DNA of 35,111 bases. It comes from Candidatus Heimdallarchaeota archaeon (GTDB lineage: Archaea; Asgardarchaeota; Heimdallarchaeia; Hodarchaeales; Hodarchaeaceae). The position numbers were made by a program, and so were the translations under genes. Where the stretch lies: NCBI GenBank assembly GCA_019057635.1, contig DXJL01000206.1, positions 1 through 35,111 of the forward strand, read 5' to 3'. The notes beneath the pieces are model-generated. The model saw only the letters and a list, made by a program, of their open reading frames with translations, was not told where the DNA came from and made no database searches. Below, piece after piece: positions 9,162 to 19,731 of this stretch (the first letter of the stretch is position 1; every line of letters begins with the position of its first letter).

Positions 9162-9839
9162 ATGGCATTTAGTACGGATGAGACCGAGAGCCTTAGTTTG
9201 TTGTTACATCCCGTACGCCGGAAAATTTACTCCATCTTAGCTGAAAACCCAGGATCATATTTTTTTGATTTAGCAAAATTCCTTGAACTGCCTCAAGGGA
9301 CTCTTAATTGGCATTTAAAGCGTCTTGAGGAAGATTCATTGATTAAATCTATCAAATATGCAGGTAAACGAATTTATTATCCTGCGGGCCTTCGATCAGC
9401 TGAAGCCGAAAGAATTTATACGATTCTTCGTCCTCCTACTGCCAGTAAGATTTTCACTTATGTTCTAAATCATCCTGGATCATTTCAGAGTCAAATAGCC
9501 CAAGGGATCAAACCTTCAGTACATCATGATACCGTTCGTTATCACCTGACCCGCCTAGAAGATGTTGGTTTAATTGAAACAAAACGAAGTGGACGAACAG
9601 TCCAAATTTTTCCCGGACAGGTCGCAGAAAATTTACAAAATGGATCCTTAACCGCTATCTCTGATTCTTATGTACATTTTTTATTAGAGAAGTTACGAGA
9701 AGGATGTCTCCATCCTGAAGTTGTGTTAAAAAGCAAAAAACAACTAGTCCTGCGTGTGGAATGTCCAAATGGAGAAGATATGATATTAAATTTTAAGATG
9801 AGTGATTGGCAGTTATTTACTCCCAGTGAAGAGGAATAA
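9162..9839 (+). CDS. Tandem winged-HTH transcriptional regulator (ArsR-like, COG3398-type)
   Basis: Two repeats: RRKIYSILAENPG...LNWHLKRLE and KIFTYVLNHPG...VRYHLTRLE. Confidence 0.85.
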   Translation: MAFSTDETESLSLLLHPVRRKIYSILAENPGSYFFDLAKFLELPQGTLNWHLKRLEEDSLIKSIKYAGKRIYYPAGLRSAEAERIYTILRPPTASKIFTYVLNHPGSFQSQIAQGIKPSVHHDTVRYHLTRLEDVGLIETKRSGRTVQIFPGQVAENLQNGSLTAISDSYVHFLLEKLREGCLHPEVVLKSKKQLVLRVECPNGEDMILNFKMSDWQLFTPSEEE

Positions 9840-9957
9840 CTTCTTTAATTAGTTTTTAACGAGCTTTCTCATACATATTAACAAATGGTTGTTGATTATT
9901 CTGATAATCCAATCTCCACATTGAATATTTTTCTCTTTCAATAATTTAACTAAGGAC

Positions 9958-11229
9958 TTGCAGCGAATGGCCTCTCGATTTGATTCTAAAACTTATGTGC
10001 TGAACCAATTCAATGCCCTTGCGAGAAAATATTTCCCTCAGGAATATATGCGTGTGAATAGTGGGAAAAAAGGTTATCGTTTAAGTGATGGTACACAAAA
10101 TCTAATTGAAAAAGCGAAAACTATTGTCAATCGAGCTGAAGAAAGCCGTGAGATTATTCCACACTCAACCACCATTATCTACAAGTATGGGGTAGTCTTC
10201 CAAAAAATCTTTGAGGACTTAAGTCAGTTTCAAGCCTTTACTTCAGTAAAATCTCGTTCTCGAAGAGGTTATCGTAAAGAACTAGAGTTTATGGGATTTG
10301 ATCTGAAAAAAATTGAATTAGAATTGAAAAAAAGCTCTAATCCTCCTGTAAAGAGTCAAAAGGATGAAAAATATGTACGAGATATTAAAAAACAATATAT
10401 TCAGATGGTTGTCGATGGAGAGTTCCAAAATCTCAAATCTGATATCGAGGAAAAACAATCCTTGTTTATTCTGGAGAACTCTGTAGGGTATAAGTTTTTT
10501 GATATTCAAACTCGTCTCGTTACCTCCATTACTCAAAAATTTGACCAATTAAGAATGTTAAAGAATGAAAAAGAGAAAATAATCAATTCTCAAGAGACTT
10601 TTAGGACCAAGATAAATGAAATTACTCCCCAAATCCCCAAATATGAGAAAATCATACAGATTCAGAAGAAAGCACTGGGAGTTTACGAGAGGACAGATAA
10701 AAAAGAGGCGCTTCTAACAGATTCAGAACTTTCTCTTTTTCTCAAGATTCTGACAATCTCACTTGAGCGATATATAAAAATGATCGAACGACGAGAAAAA
10801 CAACGAATAGAGCAAAGAGATCAATATCTAAAATTAATTCTTGAACCTACTAAATATGAAGGTTTAGATGAAGCATTATGGAAAGAAGTCGTTTTTATAA
10901 TCGAATCACATGGAATAGAATTACTACAAGGGAAAAATTGGTTCCCTTTCAAATTTCCAGATGAATTAAGAGCTTATATCACAAATAAAGATGTATTGAC
11001 CAAATTTGCTGATCTAAGAACGCTTGAAAAAGAACTGGAAGAAATTGATAAAGAATTACAAAAAAAATCATCTTTTAATGAGGCATCTAATCTTATCAAT
11101 GATCTTAAAAATACAAAAAATTCTCTAGCTGAATCTAAAGAGAAGATTCCAAAGCTTAAATTGGAGATTCAGCAATTAATTGAATCAATCAATGAAGAGA
11201 AGCAGAATCTTCTCCAAACACTTGATTAG
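9958..11229 (+). CDS. Hypothetical coiled-coil protein
   Basis: 423-aa ORF, K/E/L-rich heptads, no catalytic motif recognised. Confidence 0.7.
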   Translation: MQRMASRFDSKTYVLNQFNALARKYFPQEYMRVNSGKKGYRLSDGTQNLIEKAKTIVNRAEESREIIPHSTTIIYKYGVVFQKIFEDLSQFQAFTSVKSRSRRGYRKELEFMGFDLKKIELELKKSSNPPVKSQKDEKYVRDIKKQYIQMVVDGEFQNLKSDIEEKQSLFILENSVGYKFFDIQTRLVTSITQKFDQLRMLKNEKEKIINSQETFRTKINEITPQIPKYEKIIQIQKKALGVYERTDKKEALLTDSELSLFLKILTISLERYIKMIERREKQRIEQRDQYLKLILEPTKYEGLDEALWKEVVFIIESHGIELLQGKNWFPFKFPDELRAYITNKDVLTKFADLRTLEKELEEIDKELQKKSSFNEASNLINDLKNTKNSLAESKEKIPKLKLEIQQLIESINEEKQNLLQTLD

Positions 11230-12002
11230 AGAGTCTCCAAAATTTCAATTAACACTTCTGCAGCTGTGGCTTTTCTTACTCGTTGATTGCTCAGATCCAT
11301 TATTTTTTGATTAGCTTCTGATAGCGTCTGCCCTTCAATTTCAGAGCGAACTTTTAAACTTTCAACCTTTGTCTCTAAAACCCTAGTTTCTTTTTGAAGG
11401 TCAACAAGCCAACGTCTAACTTTTCTTTCTTCCGTGGCTTTTTTGCGCTGTGTGGTAGCTAATTCGGATGAATATTCATCTTTTAAGGAATCATAAACTG
11501 CTCTCGACACATCCCCAGCTCTATTTTTATCTTCAATTTTTTCTAAACGCACGAGCCATTTTTTCTCTGCTTCTAGGAGCGTTTCTATTTCCAAAAATTC
11601 CGGTTTAAGGGTATCTTTCTCCTTTTGTAGGGAATTTATTTTTTCTTGAAGCTTCGCTGTCTGATTAGTTGATTGTGCATCATCAATTAACCCGATCTCA
11701 AGCTTTTTCCCAAGTTCATCAACATCTTTCAAGAGAGATTTCATTTCGTTATTGATTTGTTTCTTTCTTTTTCTAGCGTACAAAGAATCTACAACAGAAC
11801 TGGGGATTTTTTCAATTACATCTTCATGTACGGAGCGAATGGGTTCAGGAGAGGGTGTGTAAACATTTTCCACACGTCTTGCTACTGGAGGAGTAGTTGA
11901 TTCATCTTGTCCTCTTCGAATAGGACTTCCACAAAAGCGGCAAAATCGGGCCGTTTCACTGATTTCTTTCCCGCAATTCACACAATAAGTTGTTTGTGAC
12001 AT
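11226..12002 (-). CDS. Zinc-ribbon protein with CdvA-like coiled-coil C-terminal region
   Basis: CVNC-x10-CRFC zinc ribbon, Pro-rich linker, repeated L..K..IG.I / GDVSRAVYDSLKDEY / LKVRSEI motifs as in CdvA-like coiled coils. Confidence 0.6.
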   Translation of the reverse strand: MSQTTYCVNCGKEISETARFCRFCGSPIRRGQDESTTPPVARRVENVYTPSPEPIRSVHEDVIEKIPSSVVDSLYARKRKKQINNEMKSLLKDVDELGKKLEIGLIDDAQSTNQTAKLQEKINSLQKEKDTLKPEFLEIETLLEAEKKWLVRLEKIEDKNRAGDVSRAVYDSLKDEYSSELATTQRKKATEERKVRRWLVDLQKETRVLETKVESLKVRSEIEGQTLSEANQKIMDLSNQRVRKATAAEVLIEILETL

Positions 12003-12200
12003 TTTATGATCCTTCTAATGGTTTAATTAGTACTTCCTGATCGAGGTTTTTAAAACCTCTATATCGGTGTTTAAAATTGAGTGCGTTCAATTTCTTTTAG
12101 AGAAAAAGGAAGATGATCCTTCTATTGATGAAATTAAGTGATCTAACAAAATAAATGGCAGTATAAAAGAAGTAATGCTAGTGAATAAAGAACAGCAGAG

Positions 12201-12275
12201 TGGACCGGACGGGATTTGAACCCGTGACCTCCTGATTGCCAACCAGGCGCAACTACCAGGCTGTGCCACCGGCCC
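12201..12275 (-). tRNA. tRNA-Ala (anticodon GGC), no intron, CCA not encoded
   Basis: GGGCCGG/CCGGTCC-A acceptor with G3:U70 Ala determinant, anticodon arm CCTGG-TTGGCAA-TCAGG, T-loop GGTTCAAATCC. Confidence 0.97.
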
Positions 12276-12604
12276 ATGATGATTTCACGGCATCATACGT
12301 TGACACTCCTACGAATTTTATCTCTTTTCACGAATAGTTTCGAATAATTCCCCATATGGATTTTGCCTTGTGTAACGACACCTTTCCTGCAAAATGCATT
12401 TTTATGTGGTTGCTTATCAGCTTTGGATGAAATGTTCAAACTAGTGAAAGGATGTGTTTTGCTAACAATTTTGGGGAAAACAAATTAAAAAAAGTAAGAA
12501 TACAACTGAACTGAAGACATCTGGTGTCTATCGCTATCTTTTAAAAAACATTCAGATTTATTGTCATAAAAATCATAAAAAACTTCTTTACGAGGAATTC
12601 TGAA

Positions 12605-13171
12605 ATGATGACGGAAATTCGGATTGTATCACGAGGAGGTCAGGGTGGTGTTACTGGTGCTAAAATGTTAGCCTATGCAGGCCATCTTGATGGGAAATTT
12701 GTACAAGCTATACCGAAATATGGAGCTGAGAGAAAGGGAGCTCCAATATATGCAGATGTGAGAATTTCTGATGAACATGTGAAAACTCATGCCCCTGTTA
12801 TAACTGAGAATACTCATAGTTGGATTGTATTAGAACCTTCGTTAGTTCAAACCATACCTTTGAAAAAGCTCTCACCTGATACCTTAATTATAGTCAATTC
12901 TCAAAGCTTCCCTGAATCCCTGAAAAGCGATGAAAAGCTAAAGATAGGAAAAGTTGATGCCGTGAAAATTGCGCGTGAATGTGGTCTGATAAAATCCGGA
13001 ACTGAAATGGTTAGTACAATAATGTTGGGAGCTTGGGTGAAAGCTACTAGTTTAGTTAGCTTAGATTCCTTAAAAGAAGCAGTAAAACATCAGTTTGGGG
13101 AAGGAGCATTGACCGATGCAAACATTCGATCAATTGAACTTGCTTATTCACAATTTGAATTCAAGGAATGA
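12605..13171 (+). CDS. porC: Pyruvate/2-oxoacid:ferredoxin oxidoreductase gamma subunit
   Basis: EIRIVSRGGQGGVT, PKYGAERKGAP. Confidence 0.92.
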   Translation: MMTEIRIVSRGGQGGVTGAKMLAYAGHLDGKFVQAIPKYGAERKGAPIYADVRISDEHVKTHAPVITENTHSWIVLEPSLVQTIPLKKLSPDTLIIVNSQSFPESLKSDEKLKIGKVDAVKIARECGLIKSGTEMVSTIMLGAWVKATSLVSLDSLKEAVKHQFGEGALTDANIRSIELAYSQFEFKE

Positions 13172-13174
13172 AGG

Positions 13175-13471
13175 GTGTTTATGATGAATGAAGATATAGA
13201 ACTTAAAGATCCAGTTCTACCCCTTGGAAGACCTACACTTGGTTCTGCAGGTGAAACAGGGGATTGGAGAACATATAGACCGAAATTTATTGAAGAAAAC
13301 TGTATTAAGTGTTATAAATGCTGGTTATCATGTCCAGAGGGCACTATCCGTGTTGATGCTCATGGAGAATACCCTTATATAGATTATATCTATTGCAAGG
13401 GCTGTGGTATTTGTGTTCATGTTTGTCCAGGAAGGAAGAAGCAGAAAGCCTTGGAAATGATTCCCGAGTAG
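13175..13471 (+). CDS. porD: 2-oxoacid:ferredoxin oxidoreductase delta subunit (2x[4Fe-4S])
   Basis: TGDWRTYRP, CIKCYKCWLSCP, YCKGCGICVHVCP. Confidence 0.93.
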   Translation: MFMMNEDIELKDPVLPLGRPTLGSAGETGDWRTYRPKFIEENCIKCYKCWLSCPEGTIRVDAHGEYPYIDYIYCKGCGICVHVCPGRKKQKALEMIPE

Positions 13472-13482
13472 AAGTGAAAGAG

Positions 13483-14631
13483 ATGGTACAATCACTAGAA
13501 AAACCCCAAACAAAGCTAATGACGGGTGCTGAAGCTGTAGCGACAGCTGCAAAACTCTCACGGCCCCAAGTTATAGCAGCATATCCTATTACTCCACAGA
13601 CAAAAATTGTAGAGACATTATCAGGAATGGTTGCCCGTGGAGAGATGGATACAGAATATATCAACGTGGAAAGTGAACACAGTGCTATGGGTGCCGTAAT
13701 TGGTGCATCGCTGGCTGGGACACGGACATTTACAGCCACTAGTTCACATGGTCTTCTGTATATGGGAGAATTAGTCTGGTGGGCTGGAATGACAAGAATA
13801 CCTGTTGTCATGCCAGTAGTCAATCGTTCTCTAAATCCTTGGAACATTTGGCCAGATCATCAAGATGCAATGGCCTTTCGAGATGCGGGGTGGATACAAT
13901 TCTACGCTAAAAATAATCAAGAAGTTTTAGATCTTACGATTTGTGCATTTAAAATTGCAGAGCATCATAAAATCTGGATGCCCGTTATGGTATGTTTAGA
14001 TGGCTTTATCTTAAGTCATACTTCAGCACAAGTAGAAATCCCATCCCAAGCAATAGTCGATGCTTTTCTTCCTCCTTTTGAACCGTTAGCTATGCTAGAT
14101 CCCGATAACCCTTTTGCTCATGGTTCATTAACTGACTCAGAAGGAATCTGGGAACAACGAATGTCCCTAATTGATGGTTTTAACAATGCACGCGTTCTCA
14201 TACCTCAGATTCTCAAGGAGTATACTGATAAAATAGGAAGGCTTGGAGATTATCTGATAGAAGTAACAGGTAACATTGAAGAAGCAGAATGTGCGATTAT
14301 GGCATTAGGTACTTTAGGAGAAGAAGCAGAACAAACAGTAGAATTTTTATCTGAAAAAAATATCAAAACGGTTGTTTTTCGACTTCGAGTCTTCCGTCCC
14401 TTCCCAAGAAAGGAGTTAATTTCTCTCATAAAGAGAGTTCCAAGACTACTCGTCATTGATCGTGCTGTTTCTTTCGGAAATGCTGGACAATTAGCAATTG
14501 AAATCCAAGCTGAATTATTTGCACATAAAGTAGATGTCTTATTCTATCAAAAAATCATGGGGCTAGGAGGAATGGATGTTACATATGCTGACATCGCCGT
14601 TGAGGTAGAAAATATACTCAAGGAGGAATAG
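13483..14631 (+). CDS. porA: 2-oxoacid:ferredoxin oxidoreductase alpha subunit
   Basis: AAYPITPQT, VESEHSAM, TATSSHGL; start moved to the in-frame ATG at 13483, after the delta stop. Confidence 0.93.
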   Translation: MVQSLEKPQTKLMTGAEAVATAAKLSRPQVIAAYPITPQTKIVETLSGMVARGEMDTEYINVESEHSAMGAVIGASLAGTRTFTATSSHGLLYMGELVWWAGMTRIPVVMPVVNRSLNPWNIWPDHQDAMAFRDAGWIQFYAKNNQEVLDLTICAFKIAEHHKIWMPVMVCLDGFILSHTSAQVEIPSQAIVDAFLPPFEPLAMLDPDNPFAHGSLTDSEGIWEQRMSLIDGFNNARVLIPQILKEYTDKIGRLGDYLIEVTGNIEEAECAIMALGTLGEEAEQTVEFLSEKNIKTVVFRLRVFRPFPRKELISLIKRVPRLLVIDRAVSFGNAGQLAIEIQAELFAHKVDVLFYQKIMGLGGMDVTYADIAVEVENILKEE

Positions 14632-14635
14632 AGAC

Positions 14636-15523
14636 ATGAATGTTAAAATCCCAGAAATGATGGATCGTCCTGAAGTATTATTACGTGGAAATTTTGCCTG
14701 CGCAGGATGTGGATTATCTATTGCTTATAAAACATCTATATCCGCATTAAATCGTCCTATTGTTGTTATACCTGCCTGTTGTTCCTCTGTAATACAGAGT
14801 TTGCATCCAAATGTTGCTTATAATGTACCTACGCTGAATATCGCTTTTGCTGCTCATGCAAGTGCAGCTTCGGGAATAGCTCGGGCAAAAAAGATGCGAG
14901 GAGAGGACACAACAACGGTAGTATGGTCTGGAGATGGAGGTACTTATGATATAGGATTATCAACTTGGTCTGGGGCGGCGGAGAGAAATGAGAATATAAT
15001 ACATTTCTGTTATGATAATAATTTTTATTCGAATACAGGAGCTCAACGAAGTGGAGCGACTCCACGGGGTGCAGTTACAACTACAACTCCCAGAGGCAAA
15101 CGAGAAAAGCGGAAAAGCATAGCTCGAATTATGGCTGCACACGATATTCCATATATTGCTACTGCATCAATAGGTTATCTTCGAGACTTGTACACGAAAG
15201 TCAAAAAAGCCTCAATGATTGAGGGGTATAGATTCATTCTGATTGATGCACCTTGTCCTACTGGTTGGAACTCTGATCCTGCAATCACCCCTGAATTAGG
15301 AGAATTGTCCGTAAAAACTGGTTATTTTCCTTTGTTTGAAATTGAAGAAGGAAAGCTCACCTTTAGCAAACGCGGAATACGCTATAAGGATCCCATAAAC
15401 CGTCTATCAATTGAAAAATACCTTGAAAAACAAGGACGATTCAAAAGTATGACATCAGAGCAGACAAAGTTGCTTACTGACGATTTACAGTATGAATGGG
15501 ATATGTTATCAAAATTAGAATAA
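14636..15523 (+). CDS. porB: 2-oxoacid:ferredoxin oxidoreductase beta subunit (TPP-binding)
   Basis: ACAGCG, GDGGTYDIG...YDNNFYSNTGAQRS, APCPTGW. Confidence 0.93.
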   Translation: MNVKIPEMMDRPEVLLRGNFACAGCGLSIAYKTSISALNRPIVVIPACCSSVIQSLHPNVAYNVPTLNIAFAAHASAASGIARAKKMRGEDTTTVVWSGDGGTYDIGLSTWSGAAERNENIIHFCYDNNFYSNTGAQRSGATPRGAVTTTTPRGKREKRKSIARIMAAHDIPYIATASIGYLRDLYTKVKKASMIEGYRFILIDAPCPTGWNSDPAITPELGELSVKTGYFPLFEIEEGKLTFSKRGIRYKDPINRLSIEKYLEKQGRFKSMTSEQTKLLTDDLQYEWDMLSKLE

Positions 15524-15572
15524 TCTAAAACTTTGATATCCTTCCATTTCTTTAAATTTCAGCTTTTTTGCC

Positions 15573-17183
15573 TTATAAGGGTTTTCGCATATAAGGTCCA
15601 ATCTGGCTAAACCCTAATTTACGATAATAATCACGTACACCAAGACCGGATGTTACTAGGATTTTTCGATAATCTCGATCACGTGCGATTTCTTCTGCTT
15701 TTGCAATTAGCTTTGCCCCAAGTCCCCGATGTTGCCACTCTAGCTTTTTTGGTTCTTGACCAATTCCTACTAATTGACCATAAACATGAAGCTCTCGGAT
15801 AATCACTGCAGATTGATCTTTAATTTCAGGCCGATAAGATGCACTTGATGGTTCCCTAACTCGTAAAAATCCAAATAAAGTCTTTTTATCTTCAGTATCA
15901 AAGGATATGAAATGTTCTATACCACCAGACGCTGGATATTCATATGTGTGTAACTTTCTTTCCTTTTCTGACCATGACTGATCCTTCCGAAGAATCTGAT
16001 GTCCAACTTCTCTACATCGGATACAGGAACATACCCCTCCCTTGTTTCTAAGATGTTTATCTGCTAGTTCTCTGAGATTCCCATAACGCACTCCATCCGT
16101 GATTAAATAAGCAGGGATATCTCTTTGTACTCGTTGGATACGAACAAATTCTGGTGTGATTTCTTTAATTTTGGATATAACCTCAACCACTTTGTCTGAA
16201 TTGTATGGTACGTATTCTTTTTTCTGCCATAAATTGAACAATGGAGTATTTTGAAGTACTAATGTGGGGTAGATTTTTACAGCATCTGGAACATAGCGAG
16301 GATCTGTGTACATAGTTTTAAACATCTGTACGTCTTCTTCAGGAGTCTGGAATAGGTTAGGCATTAGATGTAAAGTGATTTTTAGACCTCCGTCCCGAGC
16401 AAAGCGAATTGCTCTTTCTACATCTTGAATTGTATGATGACGTTGCACGTGTTTTAAGACGTCATCCGATAATGTTTGTACTCCGATCTCGACCCACGTT
16501 CCCCCTAGTTCTAGAATTCTATTTACATGAGTTTTCTTGCAATAATCAGGGCGAGTTTCGAAGGTTATCCCGACATTACGTCTGAGACTTCGGTCAGAAT
16601 AATCCTTAGCCATCTGTAATGATGAGGATGATTCGCCAGTTATTCCATCAAGAGATTCTCTTATGTAATTCTCTTGATATTCTTCTGGGTTAGCTAAGAA
16701 GGTACCTCCCATAATTACTAAGTGAACTTTATCAAGTGGATGTCCAATGGCTCTAAGCTGATTTAATCTAGCATTAACTTGCTTTTTTGGATCGAAATCA
16801 TTTTGAATACCGCGCATTGCCGCTGGTTCTCTTCCAGTGTAAGATTTAGGGGCTCCTGGAACATCAGGACAGTAGATACATTTACCCGGGCAAGGTGACG
16901 GTTTTGTCATTAGAGCTACAACAGCAATACCACTTATAGTTCTAACTTTACGAACTCGCAGAAAAATTCGTAAAGATTCTTTATCGGAATTAGTCAAAAT
17001 ATCTGTCGATTCAACAAATTCTATAATTTCTGAATTTCGAACGAATCTATCTAAATTGTATTCCTTTGCCATTTTCCTCTTTAAACTTTCTAGCTTGGAA
17101 TGCTTTAACCCAAGATCATTCACGAGAGCGACCACAATTGCTTCAAGAGCTTGATTCAATTTATCGGTTAAATTTTGAGCCAT
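15573..17183 (-). CDS. elp3: Elp3 tRNA uridine(34) carboxymethyltransferase (radical SAM + GNAT)
   Basis: RTISGIAVVALM, CPGKCIYCP, PKSYTGREPA, ETRPDYC, RELHVYG, WQHRGLG, GVRDYYRKLG. Confidence 0.96.
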   Translation of the reverse strand: MAQNLTDKLNQALEAIVVALVNDLGLKHSKLESLKRKMAKEYNLDRFVRNSEIIEFVESTDILTNSDKESLRIFLRVRKVRTISGIAVVALMTKPSPCPGKCIYCPDVPGAPKSYTGREPAAMRGIQNDFDPKKQVNARLNQLRAIGHPLDKVHLVIMGGTFLANPEEYQENYIRESLDGITGESSSSLQMAKDYSDRSLRRNVGITFETRPDYCKKTHVNRILELGGTWVEIGVQTLSDDVLKHVQRHHTIQDVERAIRFARDGGLKITLHLMPNLFQTPEEDVQMFKTMYTDPRYVPDAVKIYPTLVLQNTPLFNLWQKKEYVPYNSDKVVEVISKIKEITPEFVRIQRVQRDIPAYLITDGVRYGNLRELADKHLRNKGGVCSCIRCREVGHQILRKDQSWSEKERKLHTYEYPASGGIEHFISFDTEDKKTLFGFLRVREPSSASYRPEIKDQSAVIIRELHVYGQLVGIGQEPKKLEWQHRGLGAKLIAKAEEIARDRDYRKILVTSGLGVRDYYRKLGFSQIGPYMRKPL

Positions 17184-17204
17184 TTGATAGATTCCCGATC
17201 AATC

Positions 17205-18242
17205 TTAGCGTGAAAACACTGCAAGTGAGAGTAGTAATGCCATAATTAACAGAAGAGTATGTACCAGTAATAATAGTTGTACATTCCTTTTTTCAGTAAG
17301 TTTAAAGTAGTAAGGAAGGATCCAATATGCCGTGTAAGGACAAGGTGCTACAATATTATTATCTTCATCTATTGTAGCAATCTTTTTTGTTTGTTGAGTT
17401 TTTAGGTATAAGATGAATAATGCAAAATTGATGAAATGGAGACCGAATGCACCAATTGCTAGTCGATCCATATTTCCGATGATCAGTGCCACTATTATTC
17501 CTGTTCCTAATGTTAAGGTACCTGTATCTCCTATTAAGATTTTTGCAGGATACCAATTGAACAAAAGTAACACAATAAATCCTCCTAATAATGCCGAGGT
17601 AAACATTGCAACTACTGGATCATCAACAAGAAAAGAAATAATTAAAATGGCAACCAAGGATATAACCCCATTTCCGACCTCGAGTCCATTAAAACCTGCC
17701 AACATATTGAAGGAGTTAAAGGCAAAATTAATGGCCAGTGGAATAATAATTAAGCTGTATAAGTTCAAACCACCAAGTGTCAAATCAATGTTTCCTAATA
17801 TGCCCAAATTGATACTACTATTTCCTACTTTCAACGCCATTAAAGGTAAGGCTGGTAAGAATCCTAATAGAATTTTATCTTTCCATTTTATTTTGAATAC
17901 GTCATCAAGAAAACCAATTAAACCAGCGATTACTACACTCATCAACCCAGCAAGTAGGGGCACAAATGACTGCTCCTCCGTTGCTTCAGTAAAAGGGTAA
18001 ACCTGTAGCTCAGTCATATACGCCCACCCGAAGATAAGAAGTAAAATTGTGATAATAAATGCTATCAGAGGCGCTAAACCTCCAGCTTCTGCAATTATGG
18101 GAGTATTTTTTTTGTGTGCATCAACAGTTGTTATACCTCGTTTGAGAGAAACATCTTTTACCCAAGGTACAAGAAATCTCGTTATTACTGCTGAAATCAG
18201 GAATGCAAATACTGTAGTAGGAATAATTACGGCGGATAGCAT
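17205..18242 (-). CDS. aglH: UDP-GlcNAc:dolichyl-phosphate GlcNAc-1-phosphate transferase (AglH/Alg7/DPAGT1 family, GT4/MraY-like)
   Basis: DAHK...AEAGG, GFLDD, NSFNMLAGFNGLE, FNWYPAKILIGDTG; about 10 TM helices. Confidence 0.88.
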   Translation of the reverse strand: MLSAVIIPTTVFAFLISAVITRFLVPWVKDVSLKRGITTVDAHKKNTPIIAEAGGLAPLIAFIITILLLIFGWAYMTELQVYPFTEATEEQSFVPLLAGLMSVVIAGLIGFLDDVFKIKWKDKILLGFLPALPLMALKVGNSSINLGILGNIDLTLGGLNLYSLIIIPLAINFAFNSFNMLAGFNGLEVGNGVISLVAILIISFLVDDPVVAMFTSALLGGFIVLLLFNWYPAKILIGDTGTLTLGTGIIVALIIGNMDRLAIGAFGLHFINFALFILYLKTQQTKKIATIDEDNNIVAPCPYTAYWILPYYFKLTEKRNVQLLLLVHTLLLIMALLLSLAVFSR

Positions 18243-18375
18243 AATCTAACACTTTTTAATGCTCTAATATGTCCATTCTTCCAGAGAGAAGAATTGATTA
18301 AAAGATTTTAACTAGCTGTTTTGTACGAATCTGTTTCATCAATATGTTTGAAATAGAACAAAAGAGGCTCTAACC

Positions 18376-19392
18376 GTGAAATGTATCATACCTGCAGCAG
18401 GTAAAGGAATTCGACTCCAACCACATACTCTAAATAAACCAAAAGCATTATTAACGTTAGGTAACAAACCTATAATTGCCCATATTGTAGATAAGATACT
18501 GGAAGCCAATATTTCGGACATCATAATCATTGTAGGTTTTGAGAAAGAAAAATTGAAAAATTTTCTTCTTACAGATTATTCAGACAAATGTAATTTAACC
18601 TTTATTGAACAAAGAGAAAGAAGGGGACTTGGACATGCAATTTACTTAGCATCAAAATATCTGGACGGAGAACCGACAATAATCACGTTAGGTGATTCTC
18701 TCTATGAGAACTCATATATTTCTATGTTGCAGGAGTATGATAAATGTAATACTTGGGATGGGTTATTAACCGTTAGAGAGGTTTCCAATCCCCACTCATA
18801 TGGTGTTGTTGTTACTGACTCGCATTCATCCATTATTAAATCTATGATCGAAAAACCTCAAGATCTTATCTCTAATAAAGCAATTACAGGAGTATACATA
18901 ATCCGAAATACAAAAGCTCTTGAGGATAATTTGAAAGATATCGTTGAAACTAATTCTACTGGAGCCGGAGGAGAAATACAATTGACTGATGCTTTACAAA
19001 AGATGATAGAAAAGGGATTCACCTTAGGAGTGATTGATTCTGGGGAATGGTTCGATTGTGGGAATAAAGAATCATTATTAGAAGGAAATCGATTTGTCCT
19101 ATCCTCTCTACAAATATCTGAAATAAAAAGTGAAATTATCAACAGCAGTATTATTCATCCTGTAGTTATTGAAGCTGGTTGTTCCATCAGCAATTCGATA
19201 ATTGGACCAAATGTAAGTATTGCCCAAGAGACTACAGTTACAAGGGGAATAATATCCTCTTCCATAATTGGCTCGGGGTCAGTTATAAAAAATGTGAATA
19301 TTAAAAATTCTATTATCGGGAATGAGGTATCAGTGGAAGGAGAATTACACGATTTAAATGTCGGAGATAACAAAGAGATTCAGATTTCATAA
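18376..19392 (+). CDS. Sugar-1-phosphate nucleotidyltransferase (RmlA/GlmU-like, with C-terminal hexapeptide repeats)
   Basis: IPAAGKGIRLQPHT..KPK, LGD, EKP, GEIQLTDAL, WFDCG, C-terminal left-handed beta helix. Confidence 0.9.
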   Translation: MKCIIPAAGKGIRLQPHTLNKPKALLTLGNKPIIAHIVDKILEANISDIIIIVGFEKEKLKNFLLTDYSDKCNLTFIEQRERRGLGHAIYLASKYLDGEPTIITLGDSLYENSYISMLQEYDKCNTWDGLLTVREVSNPHSYGVVVTDSHSSIIKSMIEKPQDLISNKAITGVYIIRNTKALEDNLKDIVETNSTGAGGEIQLTDALQKMIEKGFTLGVIDSGEWFDCGNKESLLEGNRFVLSSLQISEIKSEIINSSIIHPVVIEAGCSISNSIIGPNVSIAQETTVTRGIISSSIIGSGSVIKNVNIKNSIIGNEVSVEGELHDLNVGDNKEIQIS

Positions 19393-19405
19393 GGAATTCA
19401 CAGCC

Positions 19406-19705
19406 ATGACAAATAAAACGATTAAAGATTTCCAACAGTTGATGAAAGAGCTCTATCTTGATCGTGACCAACAACGGGGAATAGAAAAAAGTTTATTATG
19501 GCTACAAACAGAACAAGGTGAGCTAATAAACGCATATCTCAAAGAAGACACCTCAACAATGAATGAAGAAGTTGCCGACATATTCGCGTGGCTTTGTTCA
19601 GTATGTAATCTATTTAAAATTGACCTCGAAACCGCTGCGTGGAGTAAATATCCCGATAAATGTCCTAAGTGTATGAAATCTCCCTGTAATTGTTTAGCAA
19701 AATAA
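19406..19705 (+). CDS. MazG-like nucleotide pyrophosphohydrolase
   Basis: WLQTEQGEL, EEVADIFAWL, KYPDKCPKC..SPCNC; start moved to the ATG at 19406. Confidence 0.88.
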   Translation: MTNKTIKDFQQLMKELYLDRDQQRGIEKSLLWLQTEQGELINAYLKEDTSTMNEEVADIFAWLCSVCNLFKIDLETAAWSKYPDKCPKCMKSPCNCLAK

Positions 19706-19731
19706 AGAAAAATTTCAAGCTTTTTTCGAGT

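Noticed and set aside
12087-12269. 60-aa ORF
   Set aside because: It is a translation of the tRNA-Ala gene and its flank.
13393-13482. N-terminal extension of the porA ORF
   Set aside because: It overlaps porD out of frame; homology starts after the ATG at 13483.
17413-18000. 195-aa plus-strand ORF, and other antisense ORFs such as 13344-13847, 34133-34705, 22499-22888, 24673-25020, 8073-8426, 5693-6019
   Set aside because: They are shadows on the opposite strand of well-supported genes and have no motifs.
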